A DNA stretch of 64,000 nt from assembly GCA_048128005.1 (NCBI GenBank), contig JBEUKZ010000066.1, positions 186,001 to 250,000 of the forward strand, in the 5' to 3' direction. Positions 51,095 through 63,630 of this stretch are shown one piece after another; position 1 is the first letter of the stretch; each line of letters begins with the position of its first letter. The translations under genes were made by a program, and so were the position numbers. The notes under the pieces were generated by a model. It saw only the letters and a list, made by a program, of their open reading frames with translations, was not told the DNA's origin and did no database searches. Source of the DNA: Veleropilina oligotropha. Its lineage: Eukaryota.

Positions 51095-51490
51095 CTAAAC
51101 AAATCCAAACCATTCATTAAGCCTATTGTTTAATGCCTCCAGTTTGTCCCAAAATCCACTTGGCCTTCGAGGCATTCTTTCCGAGGGTCTTCTTTGAAAT
51201 ATATTTTGCCCGATTTTGTTGTTCGTGCTGAAGTACGAGTCAATGGGCCCACGACACATAGGGCAACTGTCGATATGGTGGAAACATGAACTGCATACAC
51301 AAAAGTGTCGGCACGGCAACAGAACCTGTGTGATCGGTGCCATCTGACAAACCACGCACTGCAAGCAGTCATCATTCGTATCCATCTCAGAAGACGAATT
51401 CGTCGAAGTATTGACTGTTTCTTCCTGTTGAGAAATTACTGTCTTCTCTGCAACATTCAAATCTTTAGGGCTAGATGCAGCATATAAAGG
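51095..51490 (-). CDS. CGRRF1: CGRRF1 exon 6, C3HC4 RING finger, ends WFGFV*
   Basis: tcttttag acceptor, phase 0; RING CVVCQMAPITQVLLPCRHFCVCSSC...CPMCR. Confidence 0.95.
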   Translation of the reverse strand, partial: PLYAASSPKDLNVAEKTVISQQEETVNTSTNSSSEMDTNDDCLQCVVCQMAPITQVLLPCRHFCVCSSCFHHIDSCPMCRGPIDSYFSTNNKIGQNIFQRRPSERMPRRPSGFWDKLEALNNRLNEWFGFV

Positions 51491-51884
51491 CTAAAAGAAA
51501 AATCATTTATTACTTGAATACTTCTCTATTGATACGGAGAATTAAGTGAAATGATTTGTTTTATTCAGAGACATAATTTACATGTATTAAATGCACTGCA
51601 TCGGACATGTGTTAGTGACAAATATGATATAACTATAATGCTATATTGAATTGTACGTTTAATGAGATATGTCCATATTATCATGGGAGGAAAGCTCTGA
51701 AATGAAATGAAAATCACCCACCCCGGTCAGGATATGGACAACTTTGACTTAACTTTGAATCATAGACGCGAACATAAATATGTCTCCAAAGCAGAACAGT
51801 CAGTCAGTGAAATGGGGGCAACACCCATACTCAATTGCCCATCAAGGTGATTTCTATTTTCGTATTTATTTCACCAATGCATAC

Positions 51885-51992
51885 CTTTAAGTTATACAGA
51901 TGACCAGAATTTGTTTTCAAATACTGAGCTACAATGTAAGAACTGAGACTGCACAGAGTATCTTTTAAATGGAATATTGTTATCATAGCCAC
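51885..51992 (-). CDS. CGRRF1: CGRRF1 exon 5 (VAMITIFHLKDTLCSLSSYIVAQYLKTNSGHLYNLK)
   Basis: ttttcacag acceptor, AAG|gtatgc donor, 108 nt, phase 0-0. Confidence 0.92.
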
Positions 51993-52598
51993 CTGTGAAA
52001 AGAAAATAATGCAACATTATAAGGCATTACAAATGTTAAGAAATACATCATAGTTTCATAAGCGACCTCGGCGGGTGAGTGGTAAGTGTATCAGACACTC
52101 AATGGAAGCTGCTATTCAGTCATGGGTTCGAGACCAGTGGCGACTCATTTTACCGTGATGTAAAATCCTTGCCAGGGAGGAACAAATGTCGAAAGTCTGT
52201 ACAAACACTGTTTATCAGTTGGCGGTATTCTCAAACATTCTTATCGCAGGTTAGTAATAACGGATGAAGTGACTGCATTGGTCACGATCTTCAACAGACC
52301 ATGAAAGGTAACTTTATTGAAAAACGATCATTATCGGAAAATCAAAAGATTTATTTACCTCTTGAAATGATATTCCCCCAGGCTGCAGGATTCCAAGGTG
52401 AATATCACTTCTTCAGTGAACAAATCATTGGATTCACCTCAAAGAGATTGATAAGTGTTAAACTTGAAATTCAGAACAAAATCAATCATACGGTACTATA
52501 TCTAAAGTATTTGAAGATATTCAAATACATTTGGCAAATATTATAATGTCAGTTTACACTTCAATATTATCCATCACTATAGACTACGAACAACTCAC

Positions 52599-52734
52599 CA
52601 CGTTACTTTGGTATTCTTCTGTAAACAGTATTGTGACCAGTGGATACTTTTGTCTTGGAGAAGGACCTAGCTCTGCCTCAGAAATTTCATCGGGACATGA
52701 TATTAGCTTGTTGTGCTTCGTCCCAATATCAATT
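52599..52734 (-). CDS. CGRRF1: CGRRF1 exon 4 (IDIGTKHNKLISCP...PRQKYPLVTIL...QSNV)
   Basis: ttccttatgtatgtcag acceptor, gtgagt donor, phase 2-0. Confidence 0.9.
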
Positions 52735-52762
52735 CTGACATACATAAGGAAAGAAACCGATA

Positions 52763-54045
52763 CAACTAGAAATGTGTCCATCGGAATTCCCCCACTGGCA
52801 GCTTTGACCATAGGGGCAGCAAAGATCGTTTTGTGGAGTTATTTACAGGCAATTAATGGCTTGGGAAAGTCGCAGAAGAGAAGTACGAATGATGATAAGC
52901 AAGTATCAAGTCAATCCATGACCGCAGATGGAAGTTATATCAGAATGTAGTTACTTGCATGCAAATACTAGTCCGAAAAGCTAAATCATTTGACCTTGAC
53001 CTTGGGCATAGGGGCGACATGGGTGTGTCGAAGGGATGTATGAATGATGGTAAGCAAGTATATGAAGTATCACGTTAATCTATGAAGGCAGATGGAAGTT
53101 ATAGCAGAATGGAGTTACTCGCATGCAAATACTGGTCCGAAGAGCTTAGTCAATTGACCTTGACCTTTGGCATAGGGGCGACATGGGTGGGTCGCAGAAG
53201 AGAAGTATGAATAATGATATGTAAGTGTATGAAGTATCAAGTCAATCAATGCAGGCAGATGGAAGTTATAGCAGAATGGAGTTACTCGCATGAAAATATT
53301 GGTCCGATGAGCTAAGTTAAAGTCATTTGACCTTGGGCATAGGGGCAACATGGATGGATCGCAGAAGAGAAGTATGAATGATGATAAGCAAGTGTATGAA
53401 GTATCAAGTCAATCCATGAAAGCAGATGGAAGTTACAGCAAAATTTAGTTACTCGCACGCAAATACCGGTGCGAAGAGCTAAGTCATTTGACCTTGGGCA
53501 TAGGAGCGACTGGATAGGTCGCATAAGCGAAGTATGAATAATAATGTTATCGATTTATCTGCGCTTCCTCACACACGAATGCATGCTCGAAGCGCTTACA
53601 TTATTATTCCCTGGTTATTGGCCTGTTCATTCCATACTCGTAGCTCCTTCTCAACTCTCTCTGACAGTATTACGGTCAAGTACATGCCTACTAGGCGCTT
53701 GACCTGTCATTCTGACACTGCCAACCAGGTACCCATTTAGATCTCAGATCGGCTGGGTGAACCGAGGCACATATATGCTTAAATCCTTGCCCAAGGAAAT
53801 TCGCCGGGATCGAGGATTGAACCCCAAACCACTCGACGAGAGGCCAGTGCACTACCACTGAGCCACGGTGGCATATGAGTGATGATAAGCAAGTGTATGA
53901 ACTATCAAGTCAATCCATGAAGGCAGATGGAAGTTATAGCAGAATGGAGTTACTTGCACGCAATACTGGTTTTCGGGACGGACGGACGGACAAGGGTAAA
54001 TCTAAATGCCCCCCCCCCCCCATTAAATTGGTGGGGGCATAATAA
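52763..54045 (-). mobile_element. HINE-like element with internal tandem repeats and a nested SINE
   Basis: aactaga end, repeated ggcagatggaagttatagcagaatggagttact units, (ggac)n, gccccc...gggggcat hairpin. Confidence 0.72.
53555..53872 (-). mobile_element. tRNA-derived SINE with CORE/Nin-like central domain
   Basis: Minus strand reads gtggctcagtgg A-box, ggttcaatcc B-box, ccttgggcaag and cacccagc...aaatgggtacc. Confidence 0.65.
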
Positions 54046-54136
54046 AAAATCGGGATGATTTGATTTGGGTTGGTTTCGATTGATGCTTAACTCTTTCAAC
54101 ATTGAGTATTCCAGAGAACAAAAGGCATACACACTG

Positions 54137-54406
54137 CAGGGCTCGAACTAAGCATGGTTTTACTGGTCTCAAACCATCAAAAATTGCAGAAAACCAATCA
54201 CTTTTAACACATGGTGGTCCAGTGGACACTGATTTTTACAATACCCGCTTATTACTATTAATTGTTGTCACACACATAAGTTCATTGTAAAGCTATTATT
54301 ATAGCCTATATAATATATGTATGACCATTAAATTTTAAATTTGACCAGTGTTTAAAATTTTTGGTGGTCCATTGGAAGTGGTTTTTAAATTTGTATTTTA
54401 GCCCTG
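54137..54406. mobile_element. hAT-like MITE, 5-bp TSD
   Basis: CAGGGCT...AGCCCTG termini; CACTG on both flanks. Confidence 0.7.
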
Positions 54407-54831
54407 CACTGAATATGCTGGCTGAATTCCAGACATATTTCTCGTATATCTTATGTGATATCAATATTTTACATTGAATACCTTTATGGAAAACTATATA
54501 TTTTTATGATCGGGATTTAATGGGGTCCTTTATAAGTATATTTAGCTGAAATGTTTTACTCACTAACTTAATTACAGATGAGATGAGGTAGATATATAAT
54601 TATGAAATAATGACATCATTTATATGATTAATTAAGATATTTGTAAGTTGGCCACTTGCATAAATAATCATTTTATGAATACCATTTAAATAAAACATTG
54701 AATAACCTAACAGTAATGTTCAAAATGAATTCTAAATCATTATTACTATTAGTTGCATTGAAAATACAGATAAATGTGACTCTTCTGGCCAGAATAAAGT
54801 AGAAATAATACAATAACATTGTTTAACGTCA

Positions 54832-55090
54832 TAGCCAGCTATAACGGGCTGCTGTGGTGAAAGGTGATGCCATTTTCCGCCCGCTATAGCGGACTGCCGT
54901 GGCGAAAGGTGATGCCATTTTCTGCCCGCTATAGCAGACTGCCGTGATGAAAGGTGACGTCATTTTCGGCCCGCTATAGCGGACTGCCGTGATGAAAGGT
55001 GACGTCATTTTCTACCTGCTATAGCGGACTGCCGTGATGAAAGGTGTTGTCATTTTCTACCCGCTATAGCGGGCTGCCGTGATGAAAGGC
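54832..55090. repeat. 45-bp minisatellite, about 6 copies (ccgctatagcggactgccgtgatgaaaggtgacgtcattttc)
   Basis: ccgctatagc at 54881, 54926, 54971; TTAA at both ends suggests a piggyBac-like MITE host. Confidence 0.9.
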
Positions 55091-55230
55091 TTAATGTCCT
55101 GTTTTATCATACCAGGATATGCCCATTTGAACGAGGGAGAATGTATTGCAGTAGATTTGGGTTCGCAGAAATATTACTGCATAGTTCTCATATTATCTGC
55201 TTTTCTTGGCAAAATACAATAGTTTTTTTA

Positions 55231-58200
55231 ATTAGGGCTCCAACAGCTTCAGCTGGAGCCCTATTGTTTTTGCTATTTTGTTTATTATTCCTATTATTCC
55301 GCCTGAGTTTTGTACCAGTGATAACTTCCAAACCGCTTAAAGCAAAAACTCTAAAAATGGTAAACATGTAGCTATGGTACTGAAGTTGAATCGCACTTAA
55401 TTTCTGCTATGCGGCGCCACTGGCTTAGCGGCAATTAAGGTTTTTTCTTTAAAAAAGCACCTTTTTATACCATCTTCTTCGGCCAAACGGCTGAAGTGAG
55501 GTACGCGATGTTCCTAAATAATGATCTTCACTATGTGAAGAAAAAAGTTTGAAAGCGAAAATGTTATCGGAACAAAAGCAAGGCAGTTACGGCCATCTGA
55601 ATCTCTCAATAATTTTGAAAAAATCACACTTTTTTATTTCAGCGGTCACCATTATCCGATTTAAGTAAAATTTTCACTGAAACTATACTGTATTAAGATC
55701 ATTTTAATTGGAAATTTTGGCATGCATATGATCAATATTTTTTATGTTTATAAGACATATTTTTATTCCTACTACAGTCTTAGGAAGGGGATTACAGCAT
55801 TTATGATGTTATCATCAATGAAGTTGTGGCATTTTATGATCTGGTCTTGCAGATGTCGTAAAGGCTGCCTGGTGTAGGCAGTTTATGATGCTGATTTATT
55901 GACTCTACACGCATGTACTCAGTCCCAGTGACCAGTTCTATATCATTTATGGTCTTGTTTCATTAAGAGCCAATTAAGGACAGCCACGGATCACAGAAGA
56001 CACAGGCAACAACAGTCATAAAACCCTGCAGAAGGAAAAATATTCTGGAATCGCATCATTTCTACTTTCACTTTACAGAAAGTGACTTGGACGACTTGGA
56101 CGCCATTACTGAAAATGTTTCAAGGGGCTATATCTTGTAAACGGTGCATCTTAGACATATAGTTACTATGGGGAGGTTATGGGAAGTCATGGGTAAACTT
56201 TCGAAAATGACCTTGACCTTTGACCTCAGTGACCTAATTAGCGAAAATTTGCCGAACTCGGAAAAACGCGAGGGGATGGAGTGCAATGGGTAGTGGGGAC
56301 GTATTTGACATCGCATTTCCAAGATGGCGGAAATCGGACGCCATTATGGAAATTGTTTCAAAGGGCTGTAACTTGTAAACGGTGCATCTTAGACATATAG
56401 TTACAATGGGGAGTCATGGGTAAGCTTTCGAAAATGACCATGACCTTTGACCTCAGATGACCCAGTTAGCTGTAATTGACCTAATTCCATGCTTTTGAAG
56501 ATAGAAAGCTGAAATTTGGCTTATAGGTAGATGTGATGTTTATTAAGAGCCTGTAAACTTTTCAGCTAGGTGGCGCCACTGGTTATGCAGTAATTGACCT
56601 AATTCGATGATATGGCGGATAGAAAGGTGAAATTTGGTTTGTACGTAGATATGGTGTTTATTAAGCGCCTGTACATTTTTCAGCTAGGTGGCGCCACTGG
56701 TTCGGCAGTAATTGACCTAATTCGAAGATTTTTGGGGTAGAAAGCTGAAATTTGGCTTGCAGGTAGATATGGTGTTTATTAAGCGCCTGTAAACTTTTCA
56801 GCTAAGTGGCGCCACTGGTTCGGCAGTAATTGACCTAATTCGATGATATGGCGGGTAGAAAGCTGAAATTTGGTGTGTGGGTAGATGCTGTGTTTGCGAG
56901 TGCCTGTAAACTGGTCCCTGAATTGGAGCCCTAACAGCTGCTTGCAGCTTTAATTAGGGCTCCAACAGCTTCAGCTGGAGCCCTATTGTTTTTGCTATTT
57001 TGTTATTCCTATTATTCCGCCTGAGTTTTGTACCAGTGATAACTTCCAAACCGCTTAAAGCAAAAACACTAAAAATGGTAAACATGTAGCTATGGTACTG
57101 AAGTTCATACGCACTTAATTTCTGCTATGCGGCGCCACTGGCTTAGCGGCAATTAAGGTTTTTTCTTTAAAAAAGCACCTTTTTATACCATCTTCTTCGG
57201 CCAAACGGCTGAAGTGAGGTACGCGATGTTCCTAAATAATGATCTTCACTATGTGAAGAAAAAAGTTTGAAAGCGAAAATGTTATCGGAACAAAAGCAAG
57301 GCAGTTACGGCCATCTGAATCTCTCAATAATTTTGAAAAAATCACACTTTTTTACATCGGCTATAACTCTTATTCTGCTTTAACTATAGTCTTCAACCTT
57401 CGCTGAGTGGTAGACGCTTTCTGTAAGTTAATTTTGCTACAAAGAAGATATTTCTGCGTGATGTGGTTAAGCCGCCATCTTGGATTGTTTGAAAAACTTC
57501 AAACGTCATTTTCCCTGCAGTCGTCTGTCCGATCACAATGAAACTTCGTAGGTGGGAACGTTGTGTTATGTTCTTATAAATGTATAATAAACCAAAAAAT
57601 AACAGTATGAAAATATTAAGAGCAAAAGTCATTTGAAATTTAAAATTTCAATTAGTCGTATCTTCCTTAATATTTAATTATTTGAAACGAAATAAAGTTC
57701 ATTATGAACACATCAAATTTATCTAACGCAATATATAAAAAAGCTATCACTTATTTAAGTTAATTTAAAGATATAGACATTTTTTGACATCATTTTGTAA
57801 CTGCTATAACTTAGGTTGTACGGGGACCATCAAGTGGTAAATTTAACACTAGTGCCATCTTAGGGGAAATAATATATATGCATATTTTCGAATAGCTGGG
57901 ACTGGTAATACTGCAAAAAGACAGTGTATTTTTTATGTAGTGACTATATCTGGCTGGCTTAAAGTAATTTATTACCCTGTGTCAACAAAGCCCCATGGTC
58001 TTGTATTGACATTATGGCCACCTAATTACTTTGTATCAATAAACTGTGGCCATCGCACTGCCTGCAGAGATATAAGAAATTAGTATGTCGTAAAAACTAG
58101 AGGTTTAGTTCTGCTCTAACTCCTAAATAACTTAGCTGTAACTAGGACTATGAACTTGAAATTTAAATACAATACGCATCACATTTCTGTGAATTCGTAT

Positions 58201-60154
58201 GTTCAATTTCATAGCGCTATGACTGGTGGTTCAATATTAAAACAGTTTATTTTTTGCGTTCAGTCAGAAGAATTGAACTGCATTAATTGCTTTAATTGCT
58301 TGAATGCTACCAGTCAATAGTATCCAGGGACTCTAAATTAGTTTATGAGCTCTATGGCCAGCTTGTGGCCACCGCAGGCAGATAAATCAGCAATTAGCAG
58401 GTCGTAAACCTGGACAGAGAGAGATAGAACTTTAGAAGTTATCTTAAAGTGCTCTCCAAACTACAATAGTTAATTTTGACCATTTTCGGACCGCTTTAGC
58501 TCAGAAATTGGCTCCTTATTGCGTTGCTGACACCAATAATTTTACCATATATGCGGTCAAAGGGATCAGCTGCTCAGCAATATCAAACGTTTGCGTCGAT
58601 TGTCAAATGCGTTCAACTGAAATTACCGTAAATCAAAAACTCTAAAAATGGTAAACATGTAGGTATGGTACTGAAGTTGAATCGCACTTAATTTCTGCTA
58701 TGCGGCGCCACTGGCTTAGCGGCAATTAAGGTTTTTTCTTTAAAAAAGCACCCTTTTATACCATCTTCTTCGGCCAATCGGCTGAAGTGAGGTACGCGAT
58801 GTTCCTAAATAATGATCTTCACTATGTGAAGAAAAAAGTTTGAAAGCGAAAATGTTATCGGAACAAAAGCAAGGCAGTTACGGCCATCTGAATCTCTCAA
58901 TAATTTTGAAAAAATCACACTTTTTTATTTCAGCGGTCACCATTATCCGATTTAAGTGAAATTTTCACTGAAACTATACTGTATTAAGATCATTTTAATT
59001 GGAAATTTTGGCATGCATATGATCAATATTTTTTATGTTTATAAGACATATTTTTATTCCTACTACAGTCTTAGGAAGGCGATTACAGCATTTATGATGT
59101 TATCATGAATGAAGTTGTGGCATTTTATGATCTGGTCTTGCAGATGTCGTAAAGGCTGCCTGGTGTAGGCAGTTTATGATGCTGATTTATTGACTCTACA
59201 CGCATGTACTCAGTCCCAGTGACCAGTTCTATATATTTATAATTATCATTATTTATTTTCTCTCCTTTTTCCCACCAGCTGACTTGGACGCCATTACTGA
59301 AAATGTTTAAAGGGGCTATATCTGGTAAACGGTGCATCTTAGACATATAGTTACTATGGGGAGCTTATGGGAAGTCATGGGTAAACTTTCGAAAATGACC
59401 TTGACCTTTGACCTCAGTGACCTAATTAGCGAAAAATTGCCGAACTCGGAAAAACGCAGGGGATGGAATGCAATGGGTAGTGGGAACGTATTTGACATCG
59501 CATTTCCAAGATGGCGGGAATCGGACGCCATTATGGAAATTGTTTCAAGGGGCTGTATCTTGTAAACGGTGCATCTTAGACATATAGTTACAATGGGGAG
59601 CCTATGGGAAGTCATGGGTAAGCTTTCAAAAATGACCATGACCTTTGACCTCAGATGACCCAGTTAGCTGTAATTGACCTAATTCCATGATTTTGGGGGT
59701 AGAAAGCTGAAATTTGGTTTGCAGGTAGATATGGTGTTTATTAAGCGCCTGTACATTTTTCCAGCTAGGTGGCGCCACTGGTTCGGCAGTAATTGACCTA
59801 ATTCCATGATCTTGGGGGTAGGAAGCTGAAATTTGGTTTGCAGGTAGATATGGTGTTTATTAAGCGCCTGTACATTTTTCAGCTAGGTGGCGTCACTGGT
59901 TCGGCAGTAATTGACCTAATTCGAAGATTTTTGGGGTAGAAAGCTGAAATTTGGTTTGCAGGTAGATATGGTGTTTATTAAGCGCCTGTAAACTTTTCAG
60001 CTAAGTGGCGCCACTGGTTCGGCAGTAATTGACCTAATTCGATGATATGGCGGGTAGAAAGCTGAAATTTGGTGTGTGGGTAGATGCTGTGTTTGCGAGC
60101 GCCTGTAAACTGGTCCCTGAATTGGAGCCCTCACAGCTGCTTGCAGCTTTAATT
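55231..60154 (+). mobile_element. Two head-to-tail Helentron-like copies (55231-56955 and 56953-60154)
   Basis: Each begins attagggctccaacagcttcagctggagccct and ends gctgcttgcagctttaatt; inverted relative to 46573-48220. Confidence 0.8.
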
Positions 60155-60246
60155 CTATTATTATTTGCATGCTTCGGTTTTTAATTTTAACATATAGGAC
60201 AACCCAAATTGGTCTATGAAACAATAATTGCATGTGTCAAGGATAC

Positions 60247-60421
60247 TCTTCTGTATTCTGGATATAAAGACAATTTTCTGTTATAAATGTGCCTTCTAGC
60301 ATAGGTTTGACGATCATGTCCCAGGGCTTTTGGAGTTCTCTATGAATCTCATCAATACCGACTCCCCACATACACACCAGATGGCATTGCCATAGACAGG
60401 ATATCGATACTTCAACACCAC
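60247..60421 (-). CDS. CGRRF1: CGRRF1 exon 3 (GGVEVSISCLWQCHLVCMWGV...IQNTE)
   Basis: tattcag acceptor; donor gtatccttg (U12-type), phase 1-2. Confidence 0.9.
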
Positions 60422-60570
60422 CTGAATATTTGAATAAAATAAACAATTAGTTGATGTGATTTATTTTGCAAAGTGATGTACTTTGCGACAAATAAGAGGT
60501 TGCCTGTATGTATCATACGGTCTGGTAGATAAAACGGAAATTATTATTAAAATAGATTTTGGCTACAGAC

Positions 60571-60698
60571 CTGTTAATGATGAAGTTCCTTCTTTAACCA
60601 ACTCCAAAGCAAATGGGATTTTTATCGGCACCATGTCTTGCTCCGGGATGAAGGGAATTGCAGGCGATGGCGAAAACACCATATTTTCACTGTTCAGC
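60571..60698 (-). CDS. CGRRF1: CGRRF1 exon 2 (LNSENMVF...IKIPFALELVKEGTSSLT)
   Basis: tctttag acceptor, weak CAG|gtctgt donor, phase 2-1. Confidence 0.88.
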
Positions 60699-61424
60699 CT
60701 AAAGACAAAGCCTTTTCTTATTAATATTACTAAGACAAAAGAGCAAAACATCAATCAACAATTAAAACTTAACAGCAAAATATAAAATTATGACAAATGT
60801 TTTACAACCATGTTTTCAATCACATCATAGATATTGGCTTAATTTTTGTATAAGATAGACGAATTCGCCTGCAGCACCCGACCAGTTTCTGGCACAAAGT
60901 GGTCTCACCTATCACAGCACTTACTGATCAGGTTCGATTTGGGTCATCTGGCAACAGCCAATGTGTTCATCATGATACATGTGATATGGCCATTGCATAT
61001 TCAGCAATACTATATACTTTATAAATAAACGCACTCCCATTGGCCGGACTAGTCCATAAATATTCATATTCACCAGTTTTTTCAGTGAATATCAACTGTT
61101 TGAATATCAATTTCAATCAACATGCATACACAGTCAAACTGCTGATGTCAGTTGCAGGCGCCCATAATTGTTGACACCGCTCCCGTTGAAACGACAGTTC
61201 GTTTTGATATATTTTCTGATGATTAAAATCATTGACATACTGCGATACATTGTTAATTTTATGTTTATATGCAGTTGAATACTATTTTATTGTTAAATAA
61301 ATGCCAATTGTTTGGGAAAATTACATTTTGAAGATTGCAAACTATAGTTTAAAGTGGTGTATTTCTTGTTATACATAATTGAACTTTAATTGACATATAG
61401 AAGACAGATGTTTGTGATTGAAGC

Positions 61425-61590
61425 ATATAATAAAAACAGAACTTTATGGACTTTTGCGGTGGTAAATAATATGATGTGATATGCACATATAAAGCTTATA
61501 TTGGCCTCAGCTAATGCCTCGGTCAATAAAAGTTTTCTAAGTTCATATCACATCATATTCACCACAGCACAAGTCCATAATTGTATATTA
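61425..61590. mobile_element. Hairpin MITE
   Basis: Arms ttatggactt...aatatgatgtgatatg / catatcacatcatatt...aagtccataa. Confidence 0.6.
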
Positions 61591-61656
61591 AAGCATAAAT
61601 AGTGTCCATGAGAATGCAGAAATACCCCCAAAACTAACAAATTAATGGTTATGCAT

Positions 61657-62023
61657 TGTATCTGTATCTGTTTGGTTGCCGGGATTAACTCAAGTTGAGT
61701 ATCACATCCCGGGTTGGAGAGCGGCTAAATGTTCCGGATGTTTGATTTGAACTCTTTGAGGGAGTTCAAAGTTACAGTAGTGTCTGGGAGGGAGTTCCAG
61801 TCTTTCACAGTTTTAGGGAACTAGGATTGCCGGAAAAGTTCTGATTTGCACGTGAAGATTTTAAAGTTCCTGGAATTTTGTTTTCTGGTTGAGTGGTGTT
61901 AATTACTAAATAATCATCCACGGGCACTGAAACTAGACCGTTCACGATTTTAAAATGAAGGTTTAGGCGATGTTCTTTTCTCCGGTTTTCTAAGGGTTCA
62001 ATGTCTAGGTCTTTAAAGGTCAA
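61657..62023 (-). mobile_element. 5'-truncated non-LTR retrotransposon (LINE) 3' end, frameshifted
   Basis: Peptides LEN RRKEHRLNLHFKIVNGLV and FPKTVKDWNSLP resemble the post-RT C-terminus of CR1/L2/RTE-X-type ORF2; 3' hairpin and (CAGATA)n tail. Confidence 0.8.
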
Positions 62024-63304
62024 ATATGGCAGTCATAAAATCGTATATTCGTACTAAAATTATGATTATATAAACATTAAATATATGCTAAGCCAATTAA
62101 AACAAAAAATATTGAAATTACACCAAAATACTATTGTTTAAAATTGTCACAAAGTTGGGCATGTCCAGTGAAACTTTCTTCGTGCCCTGTGACCTTGCAA
62201 GAGATTATGACCACAAAACCATCCAAAATATGCCATAATCATGACAGCTCGTGCTAGGACAATTAGTGGGAAGATCGCGATAACTCGTGCCACATTCAAT
62301 AGGACTTATGTCATTGCGAATAAAAATCACACAAGAGTAAAAACGTATTTTACGGCAGCTTTGATAATCAAATAAGTACATTACACATAAATGCATTTCC
62401 ATTAGCATTCATAAGTATACTATTCTATGCTGATAATCTTCACACAAATTGCTCTGAACTCAGGGAATTTTCCTACCACGATTTTGTTTTCACACGAGCT
62501 TCACCAACCAACCAACCAATCAATCTGTCAATCATTGTTATGACCGGCATACTGGCGATTACCTAATTATAGACTTTCCTCACCACATTCGATGGCCGTG
62601 ATATGTATTTAATTATAAAGAACATCTAAACATTGTTTTTCGACGACAAATTTTTCAGAAAGTGTTTATTTGAATATTAGATAACATAAAACGATGGAAT
62701 GACTAATTTTATGTCCCACTGCCGTATTTGACCGTTAAGCCTAGTTGTTAAACTGCTTTCCCTGCTATGTTGTCAACGACGACTCATAAATGATATGTTT
62801 ACTAGTAAATTGACGATGATTTAATTTCGGTCGGTTAGCTTTATCACCACATTTTTTCAGTGCATATTGTTCGTAATCTATTGGTTTAAAGTCTCTTTTC
62901 AATGGGTGGATTATGAAGTCATTTCTATCATTACAGTACTAATATTATATGTCAAATAAAGGGATCATTATACATATGTATAATAGAATTTCACATATGT
63001 GAAATAGTTGTCCTATAGATGACCACCACGAGAATACAATGATTACTCCCATGTACCTTTGCCACCATTTGAAATGGACGAGATAATTAATGTTGTCGGG
63101 GAAGCGTTGGATGCAAAGGGATACGCCCTTGGTTTGGACAGCGAACCAGATTTCTCCCTACTTATCAAACACACCGAGAAATTGCTCTAAATAATAAAAC
63201 TTTATCAACTCCAGCTGCCGTAATCAGTTTCAGTGAAAGTGGTGCATGCATGTCTCGCGAGATCGGGGATCCCTCATTTTATTCCAAATTCGGAAACATC
63301 GGTT

Positions 63305-63630
63305 TATTTCACATATATGTGAAAAAGAATAACACATATATATGTAAAATAAATGTTTTTTTAACATAATTTTACATATATTGAAAAGAATTGCACATAT
63401 GGTAAATAAAAGTTTATTTCACATGTGTAAATTATTTCACATATGTGTAAATTATTTCACATATGTGAAAAAGAATTTCACATATGTGAAAAAGAATTAC
63501 ACATGTCAAATAAATGGTTATTACACATATGTGAAAAAGAATTATACTGTATAATACATATCTGAAAAAGAATTCTACATATGTGAACAAGAATTTCACA
63601 TATGTAAAATAAATTTCACATATGTATAAT
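63305..63630. repeat. Degenerate tandem array (about 21-bp units) of the palindrome ttcacatatgtgaa
   Basis: Repeated aagaatttcacatatgtgaaa; related unit at 62966-63005. Confidence 0.85.

Larger units (their letters stand above)
52735..60246 (-). other. U12-type (minor spliceosome) GT-AG intron, CGRRF1 intron 3, 7512 nt
   Basis: 5' end GTATCCTTG; branch-like TTTCCTTAT about 10-18 nt before the AG, with no polypyrimidine tract between it and the AG. Confidence 0.88.

Noticed and set aside
54832..55090. CRISPR-like or coding repeat
   Set aside because: This is a spacer-free 45-bp tandem repeat within an intron.
47112..59639. Repeated ORFs MTSHRLPIVTICLRCTVYKI as a small gene family
   Set aside because: They fall inside non-coding repeat copies, with variable starts and stops and no splice structure.
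60919..61000. Alternative CGRRF1 first exon ending at a gtaagt donor
   Set aside because: It is phase-compatible but lacks the TM helix. 63782-63891 fits the known protein architecture much better.
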